Positions 27,801-35,568 of a stretch of 64,000 nt of DNA are shown here, piece by piece. Position numbers and translations under genes: made by a program. The notes below the pieces were generated by a model. The model was not told where the DNA came from. It saw only the letters and a program-made list of their open reading frames with translations, and searched no databases. The stretch lies in contig JBAYHD010000002.1 of the NCBI GenBank assembly GCA_041666305.1, positions 64,684 through 128,683 of the forward strand, in the 5' to 3' direction. How positions within the stretch are numbered: position 1 is the stretch's first letter; each line of letters starts with the position of its first letter. Source of the stretch: Minisyncoccota bacterium. GTDB lineage: Bacteria > Patescibacteriota > Minisyncoccia > Phycocordibacterales > Phycocordibacteraceae.

Positions 27801-30326
27801 ACCGGTCGTGTCCAAGGTCACGTCATTTTGATAATTCGTGTCCACACTGTTGTCGGGCTTTTGTGCCTGCACAGTGACCGTGATAGAAGCATCCACCGTG
27901 CCATTCGTCGGCGGTAGTATGACGAATTTCGTAGCGACCGGGTTTACGACCACAGAATCGGTCGCGTCAGCAATGCCGGTATTACCGTCAGCATTCGGAG
28001 TGGCATCAGACGCCGTAATGGTGTAGGTCCCCGGCGTCTCATCGTAGTACCAGAAGTTGGCTGTCGAGTAGCCGGGAGCAATATCGATGTAGGTAATCTC
28101 CGAGCCGGCGAGAGAATCATCGTAGAATTTTTTCGTACCGCTTGAGGAGTTGGAATAGAGATAGACTCTGTTTGTTCCCGTACCAACCGCGTTCCCTGAA
28201 AAATCGTTTCTACTCACGGTATACCCGAGCCGGGTTCGGGCGTACATATCTCCCGGATTATTGAGCGAAAAGGACGTAACGACTCCACCGGTCACGGTAA
28301 AGGCGGCAGAGGTACCGGTCTTCGTCCCTCCGTTGTCGGTTGCGGTGATGGTCTTGCCGGAACCAGCTGTTGTCACCGTCACACTTTCCGTGCGTTCACC
28401 TGATACGAAGGCGCCGGACTCCGTGGGCGCGATGGTGCCTGCGGTTGTAGAAAGATCAACAGTGCCTGAATATCCGGTCACGGTGTTGTTGTTCACGTCC
28501 TGCGCCATAATCGTTATGTTGAACGGGGTACCGGCTGCTTGGGTGGTGATTGCCGCGAAAGAGAAATGATCAAGAGCACCGGGATTCACGGTGAACGTCG
28601 AGGAGGTGCCGGTCTTCGTTCCTCCATTATCGGTAGCGGTGATGGTTTGAAGAGTGCCGGCCTGCGTAACGGTCACGCTTTCGGTACGCACACCGGAGCT
28701 GAAGGCACTCGATTGCGTCGGCGCGATGGTGCCTGCAGTCGTCGAGAGATCAACGGTGCCCGAATAGCTGGCCAGTGTGTTGTTATTCACATCCTGCGCT
28801 GTGATGGTGATGTTGAAAGCGGTACCGGCGGTCTGTGTTCCGATAGCGGCGATGGCAAAGTGATCAAGGGTGCCGGCAGTAACGGTGAATGACTGATCCA
28901 CATCTGCAGCGGCGTTGTAGTTGCTGTTGCCGGATTGCGAGGCGCGAATGGTGCAAGTGCCCGTAGAGACAAGGTGGACGGTTGCGGTACTCACAGTACA
29001 GACGCCGGTCGTTTGCGACGAGAAGGTGACCGTGAGGCCGGATGAGGCTGTTGCGCTGACCGCGAAGTCGGGATCACTGAGCGTCTTGTCCGAAAGTGCA
29101 CCAAACGTGATGGTCTGATTCGCCGTATTGATGACGAAGTTCCCTGCCGAGGCGCCCGTCAAACTTTTATAACTCGTGGTGTCGGTCGGCGTGAAGTTGG
29201 CGGTGACGGCATAGGTGCCGACGTTGGTCTGCGTTGCAACGCCACCCGTAAGGATATTGCTTGCCGTACCCGGTACAGAACCCGAGACTGTGGCAGCTTG
29301 TCCGGAGCCATTGTAGGTGACAGGAGAATTCGTCACCGAAAGAGTCGGTGTCGCGCGAGTATCGTTCGTAACACTCAACATGCCAGTCGTTGCTGCGAAA
29401 TAGGTGTTGTTTTGATGAGTTGCCGTGGAGCTTGTTGAACCCCATGTGCCATTGATGCGGCCGAGACCGCCGAGCGTCAGATTTGCTACCGTCAGTGTAA
29501 GCCCGGCCCCGACACTTGCAGTCACCGAGCCCGTCGGTGCAATGCTCATCGTGCCGCTAACCGAAGTTCCAGTTACCATCGTCGCCGCACCGCTTCCAGA
29601 GAGCGTGAGATTCACATAACTGGCGGGCTCGATCGCTTGCGCTGAACCGTTATAATTAATTGTGTTTCCGGCTCCGGTTGCGGTGAGCGTGACATTAGCA
29701 GATGGCGTAAATGCCCCATTGATATTGAGCACAGAACTCGCACCTTGCACCCATATGGCAGTGCCGCTCGTTCGTGCGTAATTGCCATTCAGAGTAACGG
29801 TCCCATTGTTTGTAACTGTTTTCCCCGGAGAATTAATATTGTTGTTGATCGTTATATTTGCGGTGGAAGAAAAGGAGAAATTTTGGGTTACCAATATACT
29901 CGTATCTATCACTCCACTCCCATCGATAGTTTTTCCAGCGGAGTTCGATTTAAGAATCCCCGATGTCCCAGTAATTGATCCGTTGACCACAACGTTTCCG
30001 TTTTCCGTAAGCGTAAACGCACCGGCAAAGTTCAAAATAGCGCCAGAGTTTACGGTAAGACCGGCATTTGTTTTATTCGCACTGATAGTCACATTATTTC
30101 CGCCGGTCGTCGCAATAATGACACTGTCGGCATTTGCGGGAACCACGCCACCAATCCATGTTGACGCCGTAGCCCAATTGCCTCCGGTCGCAGTACTTGT
30201 CCTTACTGCAGCAAATGCGGTGCTTGCACCACCGAGCGTCATCAGCATCGTTAATGCGAATACAAAACTATACCTGCCGACTCTTGCGAACAAGGAGAAG
30301 AATGCGAGGCGGTGGTTGGTAGTCAT
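24879..30326 (-). CDS. giant surface adhesin-like protein with beta-helix N-terminus, ~6 tandem ~100-aa Ig-like modules and C-terminal dockerin
   Basis: signal peptide; Thr/Gly/Asn-rich beta-helix repeats; repeated module '...VYLYS.S.G..K.FYD....G..ITSI.I.DG.S.A..WYYD..PGTW.VTASD'; C-terminal 'DFNQDGVINVQD...DLNGDGKVDVTD' duplicated Ca-binding dockerin segments. Confidence 0.8.
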   Translation of the reverse strand: MTTNHRLAFFSLFARVGRYSFVFALTMLMTLGGASTAFAAVRTSTATGGNWATASTWIGGVVPANADSVIIATTGGNNVTISANKTNAGLTVNSGAILNFAGAFTLTENGNVVVNGSITGTSGILKSNSAGKTIDGSGVIDTSILVTQNFSFSSTANITINNNINSPGKTVTNNGTVTLNGNYARTSGTAIWVQGASSVLNINGAFTPSANVTLTATGAGNTINYNGSAQAIEPASYVNLTLSGSGAATMVTGTSVSGTMSIAPTGSVTASVGAGLTLTVANLTLGGLGRINGTWGSTSSTATHQNNTYFAATTGMLSVTNDTRATPTLSVTNSPVTYNGSGQAATVSGSVPGTASNILTGGVATQTNVGTYAVTANFTPTDTTSYKSLTGASAGNFVINTANQTITFGALSDKTLSDPDFAVSATASSGLTVTFSSQTTGVCTVSTATVHLVSTGTCTIRASQSGNSNYNAAADVDQSFTVTAGTLDHFAIAAIGTQTAGTAFNITITAQDVNNNTLASYSGTVDLSTTAGTIAPTQSSAFSSGVRTESVTVTQAGTLQTITATDNGGTKTGTSSTFTVNPGALDHFSFAAITTQAAGTPFNITIMAQDVNNNTVTGYSGTVDLSTTAGTIAPTESGAFVSGERTESVTVTTAGSGKTITATDNGGTKTGTSAAFTVTGGVVTSFSLNNPGDMYARTRLGYTVSRNDFSGNAVGTGTNRVYLYSNSSSGTKKFYDDSLAGSEITYIDIAPGYSTANFWYYDETPGTYTITASDATPNADGNTGIADATDSVVVNPVATKFVILPPTNGTVDASITVTVQAQKPDNSVDTNYQNDVTLDTTGSATGGGLVDIINGVGTLSISDTVAETVDLSLTDSQSTGLDVSSTQSVVFAGGTVSQFTLNHPATLAAGERAAYTITRKDQYGNVSSLGSNVVYLYSSSTGVNKKFYNAAINGTEITSITISDGQSTADVWYYDELPGTWTVTASDNISAPDGNTGINDATDSLVVTAGSVASFSLNNPGDMTADTRLGYTVTRKDQFNNLVTDGATTVYMYSNSTGVDTPAFYDADTNGTVITSITIPDGQSSAQVWYADSNLGTWTVTASDNPSVPDGLSGVADATDSVGVTAAPIVATRIVILPPTSGTVDAPITVTVQAQDNSGNVDTTQNIGVTLNTSGTATGGGLVTIASGVGTIPISDTVPEVVTLSLVDSQTTNLNVSSTQGVTFAAGAVAQFALNNPGDVAAGARIGYTVSRKDQYGNLVTAGATTAYLYSTSDGVNKKFYDAASGGSAITSIVIPDGVSAISFWAYDEKAGDWYITVSDSSSAPDSAGVADASDAITIQPAAVAKFLLNDPGNMTVSTRLGYTVTREDQFNNPTTAGVTLAYLCSSSTGTTTAFYSAAVGGAPTAFATINDGNSSGDFWYYDAEPGTWLVTASDSSGAPNGSTGILDAVDSVTVSTIPIVATRFVILPPSTVQVGTPATVTIEAQDNSGNVDTTIQSGVTLLVTGSATGAGLVTMVNGVGTASLQDTSPETVTLSLSDSEGTNLDVSSTQEITFSATPVAPSSGVSATAVAPGITIVIGEQLSGLAFPGAKIQVLSVSPKGSILQAQTTAAANGAFSMLLKNIQVGLGSYGVVGIDSLGRTTQTVVFNAGYSGNNPVIHLDAGLLSPTLGLVHPTVRQNDVVGFVGMAIPGYSVEAEIDGTSIPTETPVESDGSYKMLLPTGTLALGSHTVRVRQISPIGAKSDYTPQKVFNVTTLLTPQTDFNQDGVINVQDWSIFLSRFSSSDTAVRILDDLNGDGKVDVTDLSIFVRTLKQ

Positions 30327-30476
30327 GAGGGTGTAAAAATAATGGTATCTGCATATAATATAGAGCAATTCAGCCATTGTTTTTGCCATTTCGTAAAATA
30401 TGTGTGGATAGTAAGGATGGAATGCGCATGCTCATGTATGGCATGACGGGCGAAAGTCTGGTATAAAAATAGGTAC

Positions 30477-30549
30477 GGCCTCATCGTCTAACGGCTAGGA
30501 CAGATCCCTCTCACGGATCAAATCGGGGTTCGATTCCCCGTGAGGTCAC
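30477..30549 (+). tRNA. tRNA-Glu (anticodon CUC)
   Basis: cloverleaf folded by hand: acceptor GGCCUCA/UGAGGUC, D arm GUC..GAC, anticodon stem GAUCC/GGAUC with loop CUCUCAC, T arm CGGGG-UUCGAUU-CCCCG, discriminator A. Confidence 0.85.
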
Positions 30550-30556
30550 CCGCAAG

Positions 30557-30581
30557 TAAAAACCGCCCTAGAGCGGTTTTT
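30557..30581. terminator. bidirectional terminator between tRNA-Glu and murF
   Basis: aaaaaccgc-cctaga-gcggttttt. Confidence 0.6.
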
Positions 30582-30621
30582 ACTTTACAAAATATGACTT
30601 TCTCGTCTCGGATACGCAAGA

Positions 30622-31896
30622 TTATGAGCGTTCGCGCCACTTTTTTTCTTGCCGGACGAGCTTCACGACGTCGCTTTTTTTTGCGAGCAATGCCTCAACA
30701 ATGCGTTCAGTACGAACGGATTGTGAGCCCTTCACGAGAATAACGTCGCCTTCTCGAATGAGCTCTGCAAGCGCAGACGCGGCACTGCGAGAATTATCAA
30801 ATTGCATCACTTCGGCTCCATTTGACGCGATGGTGAAGGCACGTGCACGTATGCCAACGGTGACGATGACGTCGGCAGACGCCCCTGCAAGTACCGCAAT
30901 GCGTTCATGTTCCATGACCGAATAGCGGCCGAGTTCAAGCATATCGCCAAGAACGGCAATGCGGCGTTTCGCGTGCGGAAACATCTTTAGCGTATTCAAC
31001 GCTTCTTCAACTGCTGCAGGCGAAGCATTGTACGAATCATCAATGATGGTCGCTCCATTTCTACCAACAAGAAGTTTTCCTCTGCCCGATGGTGCTTCAT
31101 AGTTCTCCAGTGCGAGCAATGCTTCTTGCAATGGTATTTCAAAAGCGTTTGCAATAGCAATTGCAGCGGCTATCGGCGATACTTGCGTTGTGCCAACCGA
31201 TCCTTTAACGATGCACTGCCCGTGTTCGCCACGCACACTGACTGTTGTTTGCATACCCTCGACCTTGTCGTCGATTTCATAAAAATTGGTGTCACGCATG
31301 CGCACCGTTGCGTTCTCCGTATAACCATACGAAATAATGCGCGCCGGTGTGCGTATCGCGCTCTCAAGCGTGTACTCGTCATCGACGGGCACGATGAGCG
31401 GTGCGCCCGCCCTAAGTGCATGCGCCGGAGAAAATTCTTCTTCGCGCACCGCATCTGGTGACGGATATGCTTCCACGTGCACTGGGATCTCCGGCAATCG
31501 CGTCACCACGACCGCATCCGGCGTGGCGAATCGCAATATGCGCGCCAAATCACCCGGTTTGTCTGCACCGACTTCAAGCACGAGCATATTCGGATAGTGG
31601 TTCGGTAGGATCATGAGTGCGACCGCACTCCTCAATACCGACAACCATGCAAAGGGGTCGTTCCACGGGTTCCCCACGCCAAGTATGGTGAACGGCACGC
31701 CGAATTCGCTATTAAAACTCTTTTCGCTCTTCCGCACATAAAATCGCGTCGCAAGCGCAGCCGCTACGGCATCCTTCGTGGAAGTCTTCCCTACTGAGCC
31801 GGTGACCATAATAATGCGCGGCTGGTATCGGTGCAGCACGGATCGTGCGAAAAAGGCGAGGAAGAATACCGCTATGGCTTTCAGGATGTTTTTCAT
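30622..31896 (-). CDS. murF: UDP-N-acetylmuramoyl-tripeptide--D-alanyl-D-alanine ligase
   Basis: Mur ligase P-loop 'GSVGKTSTK', central and C-terminal Mur ligase domains; ATGA overlap with ftsI. Confidence 0.85.
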   Translation of the reverse strand: MKNILKAIAVFFLAFFARSVLHRYQPRIIMVTGSVGKTSTKDAVAAALATRFYVRKSEKSFNSEFGVPFTILGVGNPWNDPFAWLSVLRSAVALMILPNHYPNMLVLEVGADKPGDLARILRFATPDAVVVTRLPEIPVHVEAYPSPDAVREEEFSPAHALRAGAPLIVPVDDEYTLESAIRTPARIISYGYTENATVRMRDTNFYEIDDKVEGMQTTVSVRGEHGQCIVKGSVGTTQVSPIAAAIAIANAFEIPLQEALLALENYEAPSGRGKLLVGRNGATIIDDSYNASPAAVEEALNTLKMFPHAKRRIAVLGDMLELGRYSVMEHERIAVLAGASADVIVTVGIRARAFTIASNGAEVMQFDNSRSAASALAELIREGDVILVKGSQSVRTERIVEALLAKKSDVVKLVRQEKKWRERS

Positions 31897-33650
31897 GGAG
31901 TGGTGGCTTGCGATGCGGTACTGGTACTCGTAGTAAAGCCGCGATCAGGGGGCACCGCGTAATAGTCTATGAGGAAATGGACAAGGTCAAGGAAGCTCGA
32001 GGAAAGCGTGTCGGAAGCGTAGGTAACGTGCTGGGGATCATTGGTATAGAGCAGAATGATAAAGCGCGGATTGTAGGACGGGAAGAATCCGACGAAAGAG
32101 TGGAAATAACGGTCGGTATAGTACCCGCCCTGACCGTTCGTGAGCTGGGCGGTTCCGGTCTTCGCCGCAACCGACATCGTGGGGATCATCGCTTTGCCGT
32201 TCTGGAGTTTTTCATCAACGACCGCCGTCATCATCTCGGTCGTCTCACGTGCGGCTGTTGCGGAAAATACCGGCGTCGTCTGACCCCAATCAATAGCGCG
32301 TTCAATGCCGGAATTCAGGCGCACGGCGCTTGCAAGATGTGGTTCCACCATCACTCCGCCGTTCGCTATCGCGCCCAGGGCACGGATCATTTGCAACGGC
32401 GTCACGGCAATGCCCTGTCCGTATGCCGCAGTATCGTAGCCGACCTGCTGGGGCTTCGTGAGGTTACTGAGCAAGGCGCCGCTTTCGTTCGGCAGATCAA
32501 TGCCGGTCTTCTGACCGAAGAGTTTGGTGAAATACGCCCGAAAATTATCCTGCCCCAACTGCGTCGCCACCCACGCGGCGCCGATGTTGAGCGATTGCAC
32601 GATGATCTGCTTCATAGGAATGACGCCGCGCGGTTTAAGATCCCAATTGCAGATCGTCGCCGTGTTGACCGTGATGCACCCAGTATCTTTGTACGTCGTT
32701 TGCGGCGTAATGACTCCCGCATCAAGCCCCGACGTCATAGTGAGCGGCTTCATGATGGAACCGAATTCGTGCACGTGCTCCACAAATGGATTCCCAAGGA
32801 TTGCAGGATCGACATTTTGCAGGACGTTCGCGTCGTAAGACGGATTGCTGGCAATAGCAAGGATAGCGCCCGTACGGGGATCCATGATGATCCCGCCTGA
32901 TTCTTTGCTGGCATATTTCTGGCTCACCTTCGCGAGGTCGTCTTCAAGATGCGTCTGCACCTCCGGTTCGATAGTCGTCACGATATCGCCCTCGCGCGCA
33001 TCTTTCGCCGCGACGAGCATATTGCCGACATTGGAAAAAAGCTCCGCGAAGAAATTCCTATACAGCGAATCCCCGGAACGCAGAAGGGTCTCATCATAGG
33101 TAGCCTCAAGCCCCGTCTGCCCCGCAAGCGTATCGCCCAAGCCATAAGACACGATGCCGATGGATTGCGCCGCAAGCGTTCTTCCCGGGTACTGCCGCCA
33201 ACGTTCCCGAAGCACCTGCACGCCGGTTATATTTTTATCCGAAAGGGACTGCCCTGCTTCTTCGGAAAGATGGTGCGCAACTTCAATGTACACCTGGTTC
33301 TTTTTTGCGGCCGCCGTAAGAAATGCGTCGCGCGAGATCGCATCGGGAGCGACGTTCGTTATGGCCGCATACGCGTTTTCAGGATTCCCAAGCGTTTGCG
33401 GATTTATGGCAACAAGGAATCCGGTGGAGAGCGTCGCCGCAGATATGAGCGTTTCGTCCTTTCGCGTAAAATAAATAGCGCCTCGATCAAAGAGACCGCC
33501 GCCGCCGGAAGCGAATTGTTTATCCGCTTTTTGCGCATACTCGTCCCCATGAATGATTTGTATAAAATAGAGGCGCACAATGATCATGAGCGCCACGAGT
33601 ATGACGAACGCGAGAACGAGGCGTATACGTGAGCGGAACTGCGCGCGCAT
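31893..33650 (-). CDS. ftsI: penicillin-binding protein / peptidoglycan D,D-transpeptidase FtsI-like
   Basis: N-terminal TM, dimerisation domain, transpeptidase motifs 'SIMK', 'KTGTAQ'. Confidence 0.85.
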   Translation of the reverse strand: MRAQFRSRIRLVLAFVILVALMIIVRLYFIQIIHGDEYAQKADKQFASGGGGLFDRGAIYFTRKDETLISAATLSTGFLVAINPQTLGNPENAYAAITNVAPDAISRDAFLTAAAKKNQVYIEVAHHLSEEAGQSLSDKNITGVQVLRERWRQYPGRTLAAQSIGIVSYGLGDTLAGQTGLEATYDETLLRSGDSLYRNFFAELFSNVGNMLVAAKDAREGDIVTTIEPEVQTHLEDDLAKVSQKYASKESGGIIMDPRTGAILAIASNPSYDANVLQNVDPAILGNPFVEHVHEFGSIMKPLTMTSGLDAGVITPQTTYKDTGCITVNTATICNWDLKPRGVIPMKQIIVQSLNIGAAWVATQLGQDNFRAYFTKLFGQKTGIDLPNESGALLSNLTKPQQVGYDTAAYGQGIAVTPLQMIRALGAIANGGVMVEPHLASAVRLNSGIERAIDWGQTTPVFSATAARETTEMMTAVVDEKLQNGKAMIPTMSVAAKTGTAQLTNGQGGYYTDRYFHSFVGFFPSYNPRFIILLYTNDPQHVTYASDTLSSSFLDLVHFLIDYYAVPPDRGFTTSTSTASQATTP

Positions 33651-33656
33651 GGCCCG

Positions 33657-33998
33657 TTACCGCAGCGCGGTCGCACTTTCCGCTCTGACAAATACTGTCG
33701 CGGTTGGTTTCGCGTATCCCTCTGCGACAAAATTTGTACCGGTCACTTGCGCGACGCCGGCGAGATATTGTCCTTCAAGCGTTGCCACGGCGGCCTCATC
33801 ATTCTTCACCGATTGTGAGAACTCCACTGTAAGAGCCGCGTAACTCATGACCACGGCGATAAGTCCGATATAGGTGACCAAAAGGACGCCGAATATGCCG
33901 TAGCACAGCGAGAGCGGGGAAAATGAAAGGGTCGGGCGCCTCTGCATATTCTGCTGGAGAGCCGAATTGCGCGCGGAGCGAGGAAGATCCATGTGCAT
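33657..33998 (-). CDS. ftsL: FtsL-like cell-division protein
   Basis: small bitopic protein between rsmH and ftsI in the dcw-cluster position; start uncertain. Confidence 0.5.
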   Translation of the reverse strand: MHMDLPRSARNSALQQNMQRRPTLSFSPLSLCYGIFGVLLVTYIGLIAVVMSYAALTVEFSQSVKNDEAAVATLEGQYLAGVAQVTGTNFVAEGYAKPTATVFVRAESATALR

Positions 33999-34005
33999 AG
34001 CAACG

Positions 34006-34959
34006 TTACGCGGCATATGAAAGTACGGTTTCCGCCGGTTTTGCGGTTTCTGCATGCGACAAAACGGCCGCACGTTCGAAAATGCGCAATTTCGCGCTTC
34101 GGGCGCGGCGATTACGGAGGACTTCCGCTCGCGATGGTACGATGGGCTTTTTTGTCACCGTTCCGAACCCCTCCTGCGCCGCATCACGCAGCATATTTTT
34201 TACGACGCGATCTTCAATGCTGTGGAATGAAATGATCGCGAGGCGGCCGCCTGCAGAAAGAGCGCCGAGCGCCGCCGTGAGCCCTTCGCGCAGTGCGCCA
34301 AGCTCGTCATTGACCGCGATGCGAAGCGCTTGGAACGTTTTCGTCGCCGGATTAATCTTGCGCGCACGGTACCACGCTGGCACGCCGGCTTCGACCGCGC
34401 GAACCAGTTGCCCGGTCGTCAGTATCCGCTCCTTTGCACGCGCAGTAACTATTGCCCGGGCGATGCCACGCGAGAAATGCTCCTCGCCGTACGTGAAGAT
34501 GAGGTCGGCGAGTGCCTCTTCGGAAAAACCGTTGACAATGTCAGCAGCCGTTTCGCCTCCTTCGCCATAGGTCATGAGAAGCGGTTCATCCTGCTGAAAA
34601 GAAAAGCCGCGCGGCGCCGCGATTTGATACCCGCTCCACCCGAGATCAAAGAGGATCTTGCCGACGGGAGCGATATTGAGACGCTCTAAAATGCGCGCGA
34701 GATTGCGGAAGTTATCATTCACCAAATGCGCGACCGGCCGTCCGGGCCGACGATCAAGCGCATAGGCTTCGCGTCCGCGCTCCACCGCCGCGGGATCCGC
34801 GTCGATACCCACGATGACACCGCCTTCTCCGAGCTGTAGAAGTAAAGCGGCGAAGTGCCCTCCGCCGCCGATGGTCGCATCAACGACCGTGTCGCTTGAT
34901 TGCACATCGAGCGCTTCAAGCACTTCTTTCATCAACACGCTTTCATGCAGTGTTTCCAT
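34006..34959 (-). CDS. rsmH: 16S rRNA (cytosine1402-N4)-methyltransferase
   Basis: 'HESVLMKEVLEAL....VVDATIGGGGH' MraW/RsmH N-terminus; SAM-binding fold. Confidence 0.85.
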   Translation of the reverse strand: METLHESVLMKEVLEALDVQSSDTVVDATIGGGGHFAALLLQLGEGGVIVGIDADPAAVERGREAYALDRRPGRPVAHLVNDNFRNLARILERLNIAPVGKILFDLGWSGYQIAAPRGFSFQQDEPLLMTYGEGGETAADIVNGFSEEALADLIFTYGEEHFSRGIARAIVTARAKERILTTGQLVRAVEAGVPAWYRARKINPATKTFQALRIAVNDELGALREGLTAALGALSAGGRLAIISFHSIEDRVVKNMLRDAAQEGFGTVTKKPIVPSRAEVLRNRRARSAKLRIFERAAVLSHAETAKPAETVLSYAA

Positions 34960-34960
34960 A

Positions 34961-35386
34961 TCAGTTTTTATTGCCGACTTTTTCGGCAAAAGCATCGGCA
35001 TCGCGCTCGATCGCCTTCGTGTATTTCTTCCACGAATCTTCTTGCCAAATTTCGACTCGGTCGGCGACGCCTGCAATAACCGCTTTCTCTTTGATCGAGG
35101 CAAAAGACTTCAAGTGTTCGGGAATGAGTACGCGACCGGAACGATCGACCTCAGCTTCGGATGAGCCCGCAAGGAAAAGACGTGCGAGACCGCGGCGCGC
35201 GGCATTTCCGCTTGCTTCAGCCGCATAGGCGCGCGCCTCTTTCTCCCACGCTTTGCGCGAATACACATACAGACAATGATCAAGGCCGCGCGTCACCACG
35301 ACGACACGGCCCAAATCCTTCCGGAATTTCGACGGAATCGAAATCCGATTTTTAGAATCGAATATGTGTAGGTATTCTCCGAGGAA
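34961..35386 (-). CDS. mraZ: transcriptional regulator MraZ
   Basis: 'MFLGEY...DSKNRISIP..FR' duplicated MraZ/SpoVT-AbrB domain. Confidence 0.85.
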   Translation of the reverse strand, partial: FLGEYLHIFDSKNRISIPSKFRKDLGRVVVVTRGLDHCLYVYSRKAWEKEARAYAAEASGNAARRGLARLFLAGSSEAEVDRSGRVLIPEHLKSFASIKEKAVIAGVADRVEIWQEDSWKKYTKAIERDADAFAEKVGNKN

Positions 35387-35420
35387 CATAGCAAAATGTG
35401 GTTGGCTGAGAAGGAAACAG

Positions 35421-35490
35421 GCCACCACTCCCGTTTCCCACTCGACTCAACCATCAGTGGATTATATCCCACTCCTCCCCACTCCCCTAA
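35421..35490 (-). promoter_or_regulatory. candidate MraZ operator: direct repeats GAGTGG(G) with ~10-bp period upstream of mraZ
   Basis: gene-strand 'agtggggagg agtgggatat' plus a second pair ~35 bp away; MraZ binds GTGG(G)-type direct repeats in model bacteria. Confidence 0.35.
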
Positions 35491-35568
35491 TCGAAGGTTA
35501 TCCACAGGTCAGACAGAAACGAATAAACCGGCGCGGCTCACGCCGCGCCGGAATGACTCGTTTGCTTG

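Noticed and set aside
25456-30336. Numerous plus-strand ORFs of 60-180 aa inside the giant adhesin gene
   Set aside because: They are antisense to a 1.8-kaa ORF with clear signal peptide, repeats and dockerin. Their existence follows from the high GC and repeat periodicity, not from independent coding signal.
35498-35506. Chromosomal origin (oriC) near dnaB/mraZ
   Set aside because: Only a single consensus DnaA box (TTATCCACA) was found. There is no cluster of boxes, AT-rich DUE, or dnaA/dnaN genes in the window.
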